DNA of 64,000 nucleotides, from positions 12,602,359-12,666,358 of the forward strand of contig OZ316893.1 of the NCBI GenBank assembly GCA_973895155.1, given 5' to 3'. Below the pieces are notes generated by a model. That model was not told the DNA's origin, did not search any database, and saw only the letters and a program-made list of their open reading frames with translations. This DNA is from Marsupella aquatica. Taxonomy: Eukaryota > Plantae > Marchantiophyta. Both the position numbers and the translations under genes were made by a program. Below, piece by piece: positions 14,201 through 25,336 of this stretch (positions are counted from its first letter, which is position 1; each line of letters begins with the position of its first letter).

Positions 14201-17200
14201 TCGTAAAACTACGACAACCATTTTTGAAGTCCAAAGAATAAAGTAAGGCAGGTGCAGAGGGAGAGTATGTGACCCGAATGAAATTGCCCCGTAGAGCTTA
14301 TTAATTAATTTTGTACTTTTGGCTATTCTCAACAGTCAAACTCAAATGCTGTGAAGGTGTTGCAGGCAAAGAGGGACGAGTCAGAAATTCCTTACTATGA
14401 TGATGGTTTTGACTACGAGAGTGAATTTGCCAAGGATCCGATCCTTTACAAACGAATGTGCGGGAGGGCGTTTAAAAGGCCTAACGTGTCTGTGAAGAAC
14501 AGCTTGACAGGGAACCAATTTCACAATTGTTCCGTCACAATCAAGATTGTGCAGCCTACTAAGGAGGAGGAGGAGAAGGAGAATATGACATTATGAATTT
14601 AGACTTTGGCAGTGAAGAAGTCAGATATGATAGTTTTGACAATAAAACTTTAGGATTAGCTCAATAGACAGATCATGAATCTGCGTAGGTTTGATAGATT
14701 TGGCAATAAAACTTTAGGATTAGCTCAGTAGACAGATCATGAATCTGCGTACGTTTTCAGTTCCTATCTACTATAATAGGCCAGACAGATGAGTCATGTA
14801 TGACATGTCACTACAATTTAAAGTGTAGCAATGAGGCCTACAAATAAAGTGAAAATTTCTTCAAAAAATGTTACTTTCATTGGGCATGAGTCTCACAAAA
14901 TCTGTCGTACTTGTTGTCCACTATTCATTGACTGATGCCACCTACTTCCATGCGCTGGCTGCACCTTTCAAAATTGAAAGATATTGTGTCAGGATGTAAA
15001 TTTACACAAAGACATTTTGTCAGGACTCAAAATTACGCTGTCAGGAAGCAAACTTATAGTGTCAGAAAGCAAACTTACGGTGTCAGGCAGTAAACTCACA
15101 AGAAAGTGGTTGTGTCAGCCACCAACATTATGCAAATGGTGAGGTCCGCCAGATCCTTTCACCAGACGGTAACATGGACTATAGACCAAGATTACGGACA
15201 GTGTGACAGATGATCCTCGAGGCTACCAGCCAACAGCTAATACTTTTCCTATTATGGAATGTTCATTTTGTTAGCACCAAATGAACACTGAGCTTTTACT
15301 CTGACACCTCAGCGTTCTACATGAATCAAGATTACTGTAAATCGGTCACTGCCTCACCTGCTATTTGAGCTATAATAATTATGCGAGATTATGTGGACGT
15401 AGACCCCGAAAAGGAATGAGTGCTCGCAGGTAGTTATGCCAGAATTAGTATCGAAAATACTCACGGAGAATTGACTGGTTACAGGAAGGTCCAGATATTT
15501 TGCGGATCCTCCTCCTTCTCTTATCATCAACCGACCTCGAGGACTTGAAGAGGAGGAGCGAGTACGTAGGAGTGTCGCAGAATGAGTGGAAATACTTTGT
15601 TGCTTATGCAACCTGCTTTCTGACAAATTTAGGTAGAAATCTGCAGTTGAGATATTTGATTATATTCCTCCCACTTCCAGATCTAGATTTGTGAAATGTG
15701 AGTAGTCTTGTTCTAGCTTCTTGTCTCAATGATTTCTGCTGTAAGCAATCTGAGCCTACTTTTCAAATTTTAATCGTCAATGTTTCTTGATCGATTTTTC
15801 TACTATCATTCTGAGAATGCGTTCTGCATTATGTGGTCGCAGAAGTACCATCGTCAATTCTTCAATCAAAGACCATTGCCGAGCTGCTGGTACCGGATTC
15901 ATGCAGCTGTGGAATTTTAGTTAGGACTTAGCTTTATTTTTGGCTGTGCTGATTGCAGGCAACTATATTGCTTTTGGTGATCTAAAGATCGTTCCCGGTA
16001 TAAGGGAGGAGAAGTTTGACGCGATAGTAAGATCATGTCCATTACAGGTACAATTCGTCTGCAAATAGAGTCATTCTGCGTTTTCTCAGTTGCGGGATGA
16101 AATGGACCGTAGAAAGTTGTTATTATACATACGTGGACAGGATTGGTATTCATACACCGACGGGCAAATTGTATTTGTCGATTCGAGTACCATTCAAGAT
16201 AGACGTCAAAAAAGGTACTTGGATTTGAGGGCCTAAATTCTGTATGTAACAGGAGCAAAAGAAGCGAACACTGGTTTCTCTTTGGGAGAAGACACGTCAA
16301 AGAATCTACTCGCTACTGCCTGGTAAACTATCAGTTTCACGTTAGAGGCAAGACTCGTTTGCAAGTTTTGCAAGGTACCTTAAAATTCATGATATATATA
16401 TTATGCATTTGATTGTGAATGTGTGCGATGGTGCTAGGCATTTCTAGTTTGACCAATTAATTTACAGCTATATAACGGGACCCTAAAGTTCTTGTTCGAC
16501 TAAACTTGCTAGACTCAATTGTGAGCGAGCTTGTGCATTGAGGTCATTTTATCACGCGTTGATACAAAACCGCTAAAAATATTTTGGTATCGATCAGGGG
16601 AAAGAGTTCTCGGGTTTCCACCAGGTGGCCGTACGGCATACTACTCCGAAGGCATCACAGCGGAGGAGGTCAAACTTGTATCGGTATGCACTTCTTTAAT
16701 TTTGCCTCGGCAATTATCGTCTTAGCTATCTGTTTAAGAGGTTCATTTCATTCGACAAATACAACTCAGTTCATAAGTTCTCTCATCGAATTTGAAATTT
16801 CGGCTAGCGGGTCCTTCATTAATTTCAGAACATGTTTCTGTCATTAACGTTTCGTTCATCGTTTCAGGAGTGGATGAAGCAGGAGGGGATGGAACCTTGG
16901 AATACAAGGATCTGGCAGAGAGAAAGCTCTGGCAACTATGGTTCGCTCCCCGAATATGATCTTCGGATTGCATCTGCATTACAATTTCCAACTAAGACAT
17001 CTGTATATCAGGTCTGTGCCTGACCACACAGCTTTTTCTAACCGACGAATAGAAACTTCAAGCCCTCGCATGCCTAGACGAGTAACTTATTTCAAAATTG
17101 CATTTAGTTGTTCGAGAATCTCATCATGCATGCATCGACAATGTATCTGTAACGGTTAGCTTTCATGTACAGAACAAATGCGTTATACACGTCGTTTACG

Positions 17201-20200
17201 GAGATTTCGAAGAAGACCTGAAAGAGGTGGTCACACATTTGAAAGAAGCTGTTCCTTATGCGGAGAGTCAGGCGCATCGTGAGATTGTTGAAGGGTAAGA
17301 ACCTGTTGTATGTTTCCCATATGCTTTCTCTTTGTCTCTAGGAGTGGTCGTTCATTTGATTTCTAGTCACCTTCGTCTTGGGACGCATATGCGAGTCGCC
17401 GAGAACGTGGTTTGATGGCAGTTGATTTATGTATTGCAAAGATACCGACGTGAGGAACGCCTTTAAGTCATCGAATCAATCCTTGAAAGTTTTGAAGCCC
17501 CACGGCGCTTTTACAGATTTTCATGTCTGTTCCAAATAGTGTAGGATCCATTGTCTATATCGGTTACAGATTCTTCTAAGATTCATTCTTTGCCTACCAG
17601 TCGTTGGACTGAGTAATTGTGTTAAGGACAAATTGACCTTGTACGCGACTCTGTTATGGGCCTCTCTTCCACTGCAGCTCGTAGATTGACACTCAAGGAG
17701 CCTTAAATAGTTTTTAGTCTCGTGGAGATGCGTGATCGAGATGTTGTCTTAAAAAACTCAAGCAAGCAGACCGATGTGCTGGTTAATATGTTGTTTCCAT
17801 GTATGGTATATTATGGTCTCAGAGGTGAAACAGATGATTATAGCAGGTTTTAGTGTGGGAAAATCTCTAAAATGTATTCAATCTATCCTAGAAACGCACA
17901 TGGATTCTGTTATGTAAAGGGATTGCAGAAAAATCCCTTGAACGTCGACAGTCGACCACGCCTTGACGTCGCCTTATTACTGAAAACTAGAAAAGGGTGA
18001 TCTGAATTGATGTTTCTGTATAATCATTTTTAGATGTGGACTCGGCAGTCAGCTGCTGACTGCTCTTACGGGCTCTGGCTCTCGTTTCTTTTTTCTATTG
18101 TAGGTTGTGCTTCTTGCTGTGAAGTCGACGAAATCTACACCTACTTCTTCAAATGTTGTTGATTTGGATGGCACATGTCGTGTGCAGCTTCATCTGCTAC
18201 ATCGAGACAGGATCGATCGAGAACCACAAGAAGTGCCAGGAGATCTGGCTCAACAATCAGAACAATGTGTTAGTCGAATTTCATCTGGGGTGAGCCTGAC
18301 AAGTTCTCTTACCCCTCATCGTGAGGAAGGTCCATTTATCATAATGAAGCGTAACTGACAGTGTGAATACAGTGCAGATTCGGACTGCAAAATTGTCTGA
18401 ACGATTGGCAAATGGTGCTGCACATACTACAGCTGGCACAAAATACGATGACGCAGAACAAGAATTATTACCTTTGTCTTCTTTAATCCAACCTCTTGTT
18501 ATATTGATATCCACAGATTTATCGAAACGTACCGTGATCCTGGCGGTTGTCGAGCAGAATTCGAAGGATTTGTTGGTTGTGTCGACAAGGTATGCAGTAC
18601 AACTGTTCCTAGTAAATTTTAACCGCTTTTTGTGGGATTAAGCAATGTTCTGCTCTCCATGGAAATATATTTGAAACAGGTGAAGATGACTTTATTGCTC
18701 CAATCACTATCCATGAAAGACGCACTGAGGGACAAAGTTGGATTGAGGGAGAGGTTCTATACCTTGCCACAAGCCTTCGCAATTTCATGGATAGGAGGCC
18801 AGAGCGCGTATCGTATGCAAAACGCGTGATTCTGATAAGTTGCTTTTGGATCTATATATTTATGTATTGTTTTCGTTGTGATCTAGGTTGCAACCGAACA
18901 ATTCTCCTCACTGATTGAGAAAGCCGATGTGCTACTGCCTCTTCTCCCATGGCCAAAAGATTATGAAGCCGATAAATTCCATTGTCCTGCACTAACATGT
19001 ATTGAGGTGGGTTACTGGAACCCTAAATTTTATGGAACGAAGCTCGCTTTCCAAATGTCGCTTTACTGTTTCCCAAATTCAAAGTATTACAGTTGATCGC
19101 AGTCAGAAAAATTGGATCAAGAAGCCATACTTCACTCACACGTTTGCCTGTATGGAAGGTCTTTTTTTACGCGAATGGGACGGTTCCGGCCGGTATGAAC
19201 CTTCCAAATTACGAAAGTGTTAGAGAGGTAACTCGTAAAGCGATTTCCCTTAGTGTCTGTAAATGGGAGTTTTTATGATCTAGCCGCCGTGATGAGATAA
19301 GTTCTAAGCGTTTTTTAGCCTCGGAAGTTCTCAAACGAATAAGACAATGACAAGATTGCATCTATACTAAGTTAGCTGAATCCGATGTGAGGCACACTTG
19401 TTCACGTATACATTCGTTGATCATGTGACAGTTGTACTTGAACGAGCACTGTTCCAGTTACTGAACTATGAAACTCTTTCTTTCATTAGTTGGGGCTCTA
19501 TCACAACCATTTCATAGTAGTGAGTTTGAGCCTTATGGATACATGAACGATATCAGAATTTCATCGTAGACGACATTAGTAGCCAACTGACATTCCACGA
19601 TATTAACCTGAGAATTTATAATAGATCAAGCATCAATTTGAGGAAAGCAAATATAATTCTGTGGAGATATGATGAAAATTGAATGCGAAACATTGCGTCC
19701 AAAGTCTTAATTGTAATTTCAAACTATGAGATTTTCAGTGGCCATCGTGGATTTGTTGTCAGAAATATGGTTCGAGAAATTTTTGCCTGTCGAATGTCCT
19801 CGAGTCTCACAAAACCAATTCAAAGGTTCTTATTCTTTACCTCAGCCGTGATCTTGTGCGTGTTTGGCCGAAGCTCTTGCAACCTGTGGATGATTTCAGT
19901 CGATCAGGGTAGCTATGCGTGCATGTTTCACGCCACCTTGTCGAGTCAGAGGACTTGACTTTGTAATTTCTGCTGCATCGGATGAGTATTGTGTTACATG
20001 TGGTTGAAGGTTTCATGACAGCTCTGCATGATTGCTAGTGCGAACCTGGTGCTCGTTTTAATAGCTGAGTTAAGGTTTGTGCTGCTGAGTGTCTGATTTT
20101 GTTGTATCGATGCTGCAGACAACGTTCCTGGAGGAAAGAGACGACAAATTGTACAGAAGTACTCAACGAGATGTCTTCATTGTTCAGCTGGCATTCCATG

Positions 20201-23200
20201 AGCTCCTTGGTCATGGCTCTGGAAAATTATTTACACGAGATAGCGGAGGTGATTACAATTTCCTTCGTGGAACGGTAATGACGATTACCACCTTTATGAG
20301 GGGGGGCTAGATTTTAGGGTGAGAAGAAGGTACCGTGAAAATGATGGGCGGCTTGTGGGTATCTTTGATTCCCAACAATTCTAGATTTTATTTGACCAGA
20401 AAGAAAATCGAAGGCGATGTACGCTGAGATGAGGTCACCTAGCTTTTGATTTGGTAGACAGGAGATCAATCCACTTCTCAAGAATTACAAACATTTCAGA
20501 AATACAAAGCAGTGTTATGAATTGGCAGCGGAAATAAATTCCAGAAATTATTAAGGATAAAATTGAGCTCTGGAAAGAAATATCTTGATGAGTGGATTGG
20601 ATTGAACTTTATGGATAGGGAAACAAAACGAACTCATTCAAAGGTCACTAATTTCTTGTAAAGATGCGTAGATAGGTAGAAATTTGACACACGAGTCAAC
20701 AATTAATTGTTTATCATAGTTAAGATTAAGATAGACGTAGGTCAGCTGATCCTCACTGGGAAATCTTCCAGTACTTGGTGATGAACGGATGAGTCTTTGC
20801 ATTGATCCCTTGGTCCCTATCTTCCTCCGTGTGGCCTGATGAAAAATCCTGTGGAGTATATTAATTGATAGGAAAAGAAAAAAGGTTTTCTGGCATAGCC
20901 TTCATGAATAACTAGCTGTTTGATAACGTAATAATTAGTCTTGACCTCTCTTTAAATATACCTAAGTAAAATAATAATAATACATTCATCATAATTAAGT
21001 TTTCAAACAATAAAGTTTAGAAAATAAATTCTTATCAATTTGACTAGACGGATGAATGTTTTTGAGTGTAACTTAAATAAAATCATTGATTGCACGCTTT
21101 GTCATATTCTCCTCGGTTTATTTTGAGTGGTTGTGTTTGATGATGGACTCCTAAATTTGACACCAGTCATGGATAATTTATCAATAACGCGTCTAGCTAC
21201 TTTCTTTCCAGAGCGCCTTAAGTGTCTCATGGTGTCAACGATTTTCTTGTATGGCGTGTTTTGGCTGTGGCAGGTACTTCATCCGTTCACCGATGAGGCA
21301 GTGGTGACATGCTACGGGCCAGGTGAAACTTGGAATTCAATATTTGGGCACATTAGTGCTGCCTTCGAAGAATGCCGGGCCGAGTGTGTGGGGATATATC
21401 TCAGTGCAATTCCCGAGGTGAGTGATATAGTACTGGAACTTTGCCAAGAGCTTGTCAGTCCAGACACGCCGAAGTTTTAATCTACTTAAAACTTCAGTAC
21501 CGTAGTGGACCATGTCTTTGTAAGGGGTTTTACTTAGGTGCGTTTCCAATATTGACAAGATTGATACGTATCATTCCGAAGCGATGACTGATGGAGAACT
21601 TTGCATGTGGGATGTAATTCGGAGGCTCTCGAAGTGTTTGGCCTTGTAGAAGGGGAGGGCGAGGACATCATGTACATCAATTGGTTAATGATGGTGAGGA
21701 CCACACATTCCTCAGGACATGTAACGTGTGTAAACAGAGTGACTCCGTTGCAACAGATTACTCCTTATCTGGTTTGTCTGTCATTTACATCACGATCCTT
21801 ATTACCTGCCAAAATGTCTGTTCTGTCAGAAAAGTGCCAGGGTCAAAGTTACCAACTTTCTCCTTTCAATCACCAACTGCTGCTTCTGATCGGACGCATG
21901 TTGAATTGCTTGATTGCAGGCGAGGGCTGGACTGTTGGCATTGGAATACTTTTTACTTTCCGGTAACTGGACACAGGCACACATGCAGGTAATCTCGGGA
22001 TCTGCGCAAAGTACATAACATCCTGATTGGCCATATATTGAAGTAAAATTTTTAATTGTGCCAACAGTTTACACATGAGCTTCGATAGCCAACCTGCAAC
22101 AAGAAGCTTGTGAGTGAACTTGCAAGTAGACAATGGACAGATGAAGACGTAACACTGATCTTGAAGGAACGATTCAAGATTCCAAATATCTTGGCATTGT
22201 GAGCAGATGTAGTCGTATCCTCTGTGCCCACTTCATTGGAATTGGTGAGCACAAGCTTCAAAGAATGTCCTGTCTACTAAGCAGATGGAGATTTTGCTTA
22301 AGTGGAGAGTGGACTTACTACACCGCTCTTGCTTTAAACTTTACACAGATCAAATAATTTTCTAAGGTGTCCTTCAAAACATTTCTGGCAGCATCTGGCA
22401 GTATTAGGAGCACTGTCCTGGTCAATTTTGGCATCGGCATCACATTGCCTTAGTTTCAACCATTAAGATAGACCGGCAGATACCATGATCATCTTTTCTG
22501 AGTTCGCTTTCTTCCATGATTGCAGGCACGGTTTGGAATTCTTCGTACTTTGTCAGACGCATCTGCTCGAGACGCAGAGGACAACCGGGCTCGAGGAGTC
22601 GAGAATGGCAGTAACTTGTTGGAGATCCTAGAGCAGGGCCCTGGCGATCTCGTGATACGCTTAAATCGAGATAAGATCAAGACGGTGGGTTTGCCTGCCA
22701 TTCGAGGCTTGTTACTGAAACTGCAGGTCTACAGGTCTACCGCGGATGTACAAAATGGAAGCTCGATGTTTATAGAGGTTTGTGCATATATTTGACTCAG
22801 TAAACAGTAAAGGTTATCGGAACGCTTTCAGGGTCCTTCCTGGGGTGCTGGATACTTGAAAATCTAGGAGACCGGTCTAAATCGGGGCAGTGGAGGAGAA
22901 CAATTGGCGCTCTTGTTTCTAAATGTTTTGTCCAGATATCAAGATTGTTCACTCAAGCAACTTTGTTCTGACTCTTGCTGTGCAATTAACTTGTCATTGC
23001 TTGCAGCTCACAACTGTACCCCCAGATATGCTAAAATTACGAACATTTGTACTTGCAAACAAGAAGCCGCGGCCGATGTTTGTCCAAGTAAGTCTCTTTT
23101 TCTTTCTCATGTTCTACAGCGTGAATTTATCGTATTTCCGAAATTAAAGGCAAGGATTCTCGAATTAGCTTTGTCGTCAGGTTGGAATTTGTCTTCTTCC

Positions 23201-23846
23201 TTCTAAATTCAATATTAAGGCTCGAAAGAATTACCATCAAAATAATTGTACACTCAAGCCTTTGATTTGTAGTTACCGTTCCTACAAGAAAAAGTTCATT
23301 GTCGTGTTAACTTCGTAGATTCTATATTAAGGCAGGGTATGGCTTCTGTATAGAGCAAGTTTAAATTAAGAGCCATCAATCCAATTCCATAATTATGCTA
23401 ACATTTGCAGGGCACTTCGACTTAGGTATTTTGTGACATAAAAGTATAATGCACGGATCTCACTTTTAAAGAGCCTAGAGTATGACTCCATTGAATGGGG
23501 TATTTCAGACTTCCGGCAACTTCCTACAGTATTGACGACCTCATTCTCCAGAGTCACTAAGTCGAGGCATATGCTCTCGGTTCCTACTTTCTAAAGGCGA
23601 TGATCCAAGTGACGGGAGCTTGATATGAGTTTTGTGCTCTGCCTGAGTTTTTACTGTAGAAAAGAAACTATCTCCCAAGGTACAAAACCTTTCTACTGAC
23701 AAGAATTCATATTTTGCCAGATGAACACGAAGGTGGTTGAAGCTGACACCGGTCCCCGAGTTTTGATTGAAGACTCGGAACCAACCGCAGTGGGACTCAT
23801 CCAGTCATTCGTTAACCGCTTTCAAGACTGGACTTCAAGCTTGTAG
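8280..23846 (+). CDS. DPP3: Dipeptidyl peptidase III (peptidase family M49), 19 exons
   Basis: Exons joined manually in phase: 8280-8576, 15485-15632, 15959-16047, 16253-16322, 16598-16683, 16868-17011, 17173-17294, 18188-18289, 18517-18589, 18887-19006, 19159-19227, 19763-19825, 20119-20274, 21274-21417, 21625-21693, 21920-21988, 22526-22777, 23007-23087, 23721-23846. The product is collinear with animal/fungal DPP III: GNYIAFGDLK, GFIETYRDPGGCRAEFEGFV, PAGMNLPNY, zinc motif HELLGHGSGKL, EECRAE, QAHMQARF. The start codon is uncertain, and exon 15 appears to use an unusual GAG acceptor. Confidence 0.93.
9159..9325 (+). repeat. 167-nt imperfect hairpin at the left end of the YR element
   Basis: Arm 9159-9240 pairs with arm 9245-9325 around a GGTA loop (CCGGC-GGTA-GCCGG), with only a 2-nt and a 1-nt bulge. 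Confidence 0.9.
9895..14596 (+). CDS. Tyrosine recombinase, DUF3504/Crypton-type, spliced
   Basis: In-phase GT-AG exons 9895-10737, 11595-11794, 11977-12583, probably 13028-13078, and 14366-14596. Motifs: KVDGTPYPSSTL (N-terminal Crypton/ZMYM-like), LGIRGG (catalytic R), SKN (K), FTNRSGRAT (HxxR box with R for H), ITGHRS (H), YKRY (Y), and C-terminal FHNCSVTIKI resembling Crypton tails. The true start codon and the small 3' exons are uncertain. Confidence 0.85.
11375..11455. repeat. Short tandem duplication (2 copies) in YR intron 1
   Basis: CCCGACTGAGTGGAACAACTGGAC(G/A)TGATGATCGAT occurs twice in succession. Confidence 0.85.
14625..14755. repeat. ~65-bp tandem duplication downstream of the YR stop codon
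   Basis: CAATAAAACTTTAGGATTAGCTCA(A/G)TAGACAGATCATGAATCTGCGTA occurs twice; it includes AATAAA. Confidence 0.85.
14987..15118 (+). repeat. Subterminal array of six TGTCAG-cored direct repeats
   Basis: TGTCAG starts at 14987, 15018, 15039, 15060, 15081 and 15113. Most copies continue roughly as TGTCAGGANGYAAAYTTA. Confidence 0.85.
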
Positions 23847-24158
23847 CAGGCAATCGTAGGTCATCATCATCTGAAGGACATTTAGCTGGACGATTTGCAC
23901 CTCATCACAACACAAAGGTTGGAACATTTTCTAGTTCAGAAAACCCAACAATGTGGACATGTCGTCCTTCGATCATTGTTTCCAATTTCTAAAATAAGCT
24001 CAAATTATTCTTGAATTCATTATATGTTCGAATTTCAGGCAAGTATGAGTACAATATAACTTGCTGGTGGGTGGTGATATACAAGCCTGATTCTATCATA
24101 TTTCCTCCTGCCAATTTAATTACTGAGCCAATCCTTAGCTACGTCCTATCCATGGCAC

Positions 24159-24281
24159 TGCCAAGTGTGAATCATGAGATCATGTTCCCGTGTGAATAAT
24201 CAAGATTGTGCCCTCCATCAGATGCCAAGTGTAAATTAGGAGATCATGTTTTGTGGAATTATCAAGATTGTGCCCTCCATC
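24159..24281. repeat. ~63-bp tandem duplication
   Basis: TGCCAAGTGT...GAGATCATGTT...ATCAAGATTGTGCCCTCCATC occurs twice. Confidence 0.75.
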
Positions 24282-25196
24282 CATTTAGCACTTGTCGCTC
24301 ATAAAATGTGGACATCTCATATAATTGTGTTTTTTGTTCATCCAAGTTTATAGAGTGCCATTCAGAGTGAAACGTAATTGGTGTGTTGGGAGAAGCAAAC
24401 TATAGATACCTACTTTGTTCTTTCTTGTCTCAAAGCTCATCTTAGCTCCTTCCATGCTGGTTCGAGCCGGTTCCTTTCAAATTGAAACAAAATTGATGGG
24501 TTAGGACTTGCGAGCAGCACTATAGCTGTTTGTTTTTTATTATCTCATAGCTCATCGAGCTCCTTTCGATATCCGGAAGGATTGTTCTCAAAAAGTTATA
24601 CCTCTCCTTCCCTTTTCGGGCACCTTTTCCTTCTGTTTACATCTACTTTCAGTCCTTCGGTCTTGGTTGATTTCTGTATCAATCTTATTGGTCATTTCTC
24701 TGACTATCTATCTAATTAGTTTGGGGGACCCACATCTTATTAGTTTGTGGACCCATGTTTTAAATGTGCGACAAAATTAGCGAATTTTCTCTCTCACAGG
24801 TCATTGGAGTTCATTTTCCACTTGATCTAGCTCAAGCATTACCCTAGCTTGTCTCATCATGGATGTAAACCAAGCAAACCTTTTCTTATTTAATTATGCA
24901 CTCGGGGGATATCCCATATCACTTGTGAAATTTTGGGGGAATAAGTCAACAACAACAACAAAATTGATCAGAATTTTTTTACTCCAAATTTAATGGAATA
25001 TTCTTAAAATATTTTTAAGTTTGATTTTAAAAAACTATATTATTTTTATAATCGTATCATTCTCAAAATTGAATTAAATAATCCTAATGTTCTTCATCAA
25101 CAAAAATTTAAAAGTCGTTCACTAAATTCAATAAAAAAAATTATATATTTAGTCACGTAGGATGAGTTTGAAGAAAATAAATGAGTACCATGGGAT

Positions 25197-25336
25197 TATG
25201 CATGACTCAATATAATCTGGTGGCACTTCAAACCAATCATTTTTAATAATTAGCAAGATGAGCTCTTATGCACGTCTCAATATAATCTGATGGCACTTTA
25301 AACCAACCATTTTTAACAAATGGCGAGATGGGCTCA
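25197..25336. repeat. ~70-bp tandem duplication
   Basis: TATGCA...CTCAATATAATCTG(G/A)TGGCACTT(C/T)AAACCAA...CATTTTTAA...AGATG(A/G)GCTC occurs twice. Confidence 0.75.

Larger units (their letters stand above)
9159..15196 (+). mobile_element. Crypton-like tyrosine-recombinase DNA element (~6.04 kb) inserted in DPP3 intron 1
   Basis: Direct repeat TTACG at 9159-9163 and 15192-15196. Internal segment 9277-9358 is the imperfect reverse complement of right end (15159-15196) joined to left end (9159-9208) across TTACG. Contains the spliced YR gene. No RT/RNase H recognised. Confidence 0.8.

Noticed and set aside
14987-15118. CRISPR-like array
   Set aside because: Eukaryotic context, 6-bp cores, no unique spacers of CRISPR length and no cas genes.
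9159-15196. Interpretation as a DIRS retrotransposon or a Starship
   Set aside because: No gag, RT or RNase H and no long terminal repeats. The YR has introns and DUF3504-type rather than DUF3435-type motifs, and there is no cargo.
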